A stretch of DNA of 64,000 bases from Utricularia gibba (lineage: Eukaryota > Plantae > Magnoliophyta), in contig NEEC01000015.1 in NCBI GenBank assembly GCA_002189035.1, positions 1,984,001 to 2,048,000 on the forward strand. Direction: 5' to 3'. Made by a program: the position numbers and the translations under genes. Shown piece after piece: positions 60,288 to 64,000 of the stretch; position 1 is the stretch's first letter; each line of letters starts with the position of its first letter. Below the pieces are notes generated by a model. That model did no database searches and was not told where the DNA came from. It saw only the letters and a list, made by a program, of their open reading frames with translations.

Positions 60288-62408
60288 ATGGCTTTACTGG
60301 AGTTAGATTCCTTGTCTTCTGCGTTAGCTGGGAGTAGCAAGGACGCTGCGCTGGAAGACCCTAGCAAAAAGGTGCGGAAGCCCTATACCATTACTAAGTC
60401 GCGGGAGAGCTGGACTGAGCCCGAGCACGACAAGTTTGTTGAAGCGCTTCAACTGTGAGTTTCAATTAGATTGGTTTCAGGGAATTTTAATTTTGGGAAC
60501 TGTTTGTGCTGGGTGCAGTTAGGTTTTTTTTAGCTGGATTACGTGGGTTGATGTTTCATCGGTTTGGGATTTGCGTTATTGATCTAAATGAGCTCAATTT
60601 AAGGAATTAGATTCAGATTATCATCTATTCAGGGTGTCGGTTTGTTTTAATGTTTCAGTGAAATTCTGTTTTTCCGCACGTATTTGGCTTTCCTGTTGTG
60701 ACGGTTGTGCAAATACGGTGGCTTTTTGAACTATGTTTTGGCAACGATGTGCTCCCCAGACACATTCCTGAAAGTATTGTTCTTCTGTGACACGGCGAAT
60801 GTAGATGAGGTTTCTCTTTTAAGAGTAATATGTGATCTGGTGATAAGATCTTTAATAGTTTTTCAACCGGGCGAGTGACAAAGTAACCTTTTCATGCTTT
60901 TTCGCATGGTTTTTTTAAGTCGATCATCGACCTTGTGTTTGCCGTGAAACTTTTTTCCTATTTACTTCCTTGATTTTTTGTTTCTGATCTGTCTGAACAA
61001 AAGTTTTGAACGAGACTGGAAGAAAATAGAAGCGTTTATTGGATCAAAAACAGCAATTCAGGTAAATGATACATTTCACTACCTTTCAACTCTTCCATTT
61101 TCTGCTATAGTTTTTCAATCCAGATTTCTTTTGTTATATGAGGATATTGGATTCTTTCAGATACGTAGCCATGCTCAAAAGTATTTTCTCAAAGTTCAGA
61201 AGAGTGGAACACATGAGCATCTCCCGCCGCCTCGGCCAAAACGAAAAGCAGCACATCCGTATCCTCAAAAGGCAACTAAGATTGGTATCTAGCACCCCTT
61301 AACCGTTAAATACATGATGTAGTAGTTAGTTGGATCCATATTCTCTGAGCCCGCTTTATGCATATTTGATTTACAGAGATACAATCAGCTCAAGCATCTG
61401 CTGGTGTACCTGACCCCAGATCTTTTTGGAGACCTGATTCTTCTGCTGCGCATGTACATCCTGAAGCTGATTTAACAGCATCAAGCTGGACAGGAAAACC
61501 GGTTCAAGGCATCTATTTTCCCACATCAGAAAAATTTTTGTCGGCATATCGACAATAGTTGGTTGTTGTGTTAATCTTTGTTACCAGAGAAACTTATAAG
61601 ACACTTTATTCCAGGTGGAACTAGGTGTTCTGTGCAGCCAATCCCAAATGTTTACCCGTCTGGAAGCACCGAAAGTACTCCAAGAACACAGCATACAGGT
61701 GAACTACTATGGGCAGGGGCAGTTTTTTTTTTTTTTTAATCTTGTTATGAGCTGCAGTGATTGGCCTTTTCTCCGTATTTTGTAATGTGGACATATGGTC
61801 ATTTTACTTATAATCACATCTGATGAATGCTTGTATCAATCAATAATCCCCTACCCATTGTCTGTTGCTTTTTGTGAATGCAGTTCTTCCAGATTTCTGC
61901 CAAGTGTACAGTTTCATAGGGTCTGTCTTTGATCCAAAAACTAGTGGCCATTTGCAGAAACTGAAGAAGATGGAAGCCATTGATATCGAAACAGTATGTA
62001 TATGTTACTGTTCATTATAATTCACGAGAGGACTGAAATTTCCGTTAAATACCTCTTAGCCAATCTGTTCATCCGTGCTTTCCTTCTACAGATACTGTTG
62101 TTGATGAGAAATCTTTCATTCAACTTGGCTAGTCCCGATTTCGAGAACCACGTAAGTACGATTTATCAGTTGCTGGATTTGATTTTTTTTTTTTTTTGCT
62201 AAATATAAGAGTAAGAGATGTCAATGTGTTCCTTGCTGCTTGTTTATTTGACCCGTGGATTTGATTTACTGTCACCAGCAGTATGCAAGTTACAGTATAT
62301 GACATCTCAATGTTTGCCCATAAACTTTTGCAGAGGCGGCTACTCTCCTCGTATGAGGTTGATGTGTCCGATCCCATCACCAAAATCCAGTTCCAGGAAG
62401 CAGCTTAG
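60288..62408 (+). CDS. RVE6: REVEILLE MYB-like clock factor (RVE4/6/8, LCL subclade), RVE6-like
   Basis: [24 protein letters not shown]; [13 protein letters not shown]; [14 protein letters not shown]; [17 protein letters not shown]; LCL domain [17 protein letters not shown]...LLLMRNLS. Confidence 0.88.
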
Positions 62409-63075
62409 TTTGGGCAACACAAACTAAGGCAATCCTGGGGTGTTTGCTTCAGTGTCCTACACTTGGTGTCAACACAAAAGCAGGCTTGCGGGAAGCTGAT
62501 ATGGTGGGTGCTTTTTCATCCTTTTGTCACCTTGTCCGTGTCACTTGTCGTGTCCCTTGTTGCTACTTGTTGGCGTGTGCATGTGTTGTGCGGAGACAAA
62601 TAATGCAAGAGGGGTTTTGTTGAACGGCCCTCATCAGTTCCTGTCATCCGGAACATGCGTTCAAAGGCTCACGAGTTAAGGCTCCACCGGAGATTCTGTT
62701 GTCATACAACTAGCCGCAGAGAGATAAAAGGCTTGGAATTAAAGCTTTTCATTAGATGAGGAGGATGTACAAATTCTACCAAAACATCCCGGAACCTAAA
62801 ATACTTGAAACAGGATGTGCCGTGGTCACAACACGCCACATAAACAAGGATGACGTATGTGCTAGCACCAGAAAAAGGGAAAAAGAGGGAATGAGCGGTG
62901 TCCAAGTCAGATTTCTAGTACTGCATTGCTATTCTGCGAGACCTGTAAAATATGAAATGGAGGGTGAAACCTCTGGTGGGAAAAAAAAGAGAAACCAGAA
63001 TCATCAGCAACCACGTCGGAAGACTTGGCAGGCCAAGTGCCTCGCACCAAAATACCAGGGCACGAAGAATGCTTG

Positions 63076-64000
63076 TTAACGAGGCCCTCGGTCACCACCT
63101 TCCCGCCTTCTGTCACTGTAATCTCTGCCTAGTTTGCGTCCCTTGCTGGAAGGTGGGGAAGTGAACCTTCGTGTATGGAACACAGGTCTGTAGCATTCGC
63201 TCGACTCCCATTCTTTGGGGGCGTGGATGTTGGCAAACCTCTGAGGTTGCCTGAATATTCTGACGGGTGATCTTCTCTTTGGATGGTCCTTTCTGTAAGC
63301 AGGATCCTCAAGATATCTATGGTTGTCCTGCGAGTGCAGCCGCCCCCTTGATGCAGATATGTAATCCTCTTCATAACTTGACTCGAAGGTTCGCTTGAAA
63401 AATGGCATCCTTGTTCTTCTATGGACCCTATCCTGGGACCTGGGGTCTGGAGATCGGGTTTGCCTTCTATGCCAGGGTGAACGGGATCTAGATTTCGAGG
63501 GGGCCCTCCTCTGCATATGTATCTGAGAGCTCCGACTAGAATTCGGGGAGAAGCTTTGGTCTCGCCTTGATGATGTAGGTGCCCCTGGCTCACCACGGTG
63601 AAAGACAAAGTCCTCAAGACCTCTGTCAGAATGATGCAAGTAGCGTCCATGGCCCCTGAAGTTGCCGGCTTCCCGAGTAAGAAGCCGACCTTTCTGAACG
63701 CATGCATAGTCTTTCCTTTCAGTAGATGGGGTCTCAGTAGCCGTCTTTGCGAGTTATCAGTTGGCCTATAATCAAAGTAATCCTGCCTTCTGCCAATTCT
63801 GCCAGTGTTTCTTGACTTCTTGAGACCAAAGGTTTCAGTATGAAACTCATATTCGGAGTTGCCACGCATTCTGGAAGCCCAAGATGACCACTCAGCTTCA
63901 CCTCTTGCACGGGAGGCAGAATTACGCCAGCCAACATGCTTGTCAAAACGGGCGCCTCCTTCAGTGTGGGAGTATGAACTTCCACGCAGATTCGATCTAA
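63076..64000 (-). CDS. 3' part of a large Arg/Ser-rich uncharacterized protein (continues past the right edge); apparent frameshift near 63730
   Basis: RSNLRGSSY...DYFDYRPTDNSQRR in one frame; PSTERKD...RRAPSKSRSRSP...KRRSPVR...YRPVFHTRRF...RREGGDRGPR* in the adjacent frame. Confidence 0.65.

Overview
Gene-dense plant (eudicot) nuclear DNA with about 20 protein-coding loci in 64 kb, mostly with short introns (roughly 70-150 nt). This compaction resembles miniature asterid genomes such as Lentibulariaceae (inference, not established). Left to right: 5' end of WDR12/YTM1 (-), alpha/beta hydrolase (-), Tourist-like MITE, RPK2 (+), a multiply frameshifted G3BP/NTF2-RRM pseudogene (-), CIN-type TCP (+), trehalose-6-phosphate phosphatase (+), PTB2 (-), unknown membrane protein (-), SPEECHLESS (-), myosin-TH1-domain protein (+), a candidate unannotated 49-aa Cys-rich ORF (-), UBA-like protein (-), ABCC10-like transporter (+), Treslin/TICRR-like gene with an E2F site and a U12 intron (+), GH18 class III chitinase (+), AAA ATPase (+), MAKR5-like (-), Tic22-like (-), HMA/HIPP-like (-), RVE6-like (+), and the 3' part of an Arg/Ser-rich protein gene (-). 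I saw no rRNA, tRNA, CRISPR array or intact transposon. All calls come from manual translation and recalled family motifs; no database searches were run.
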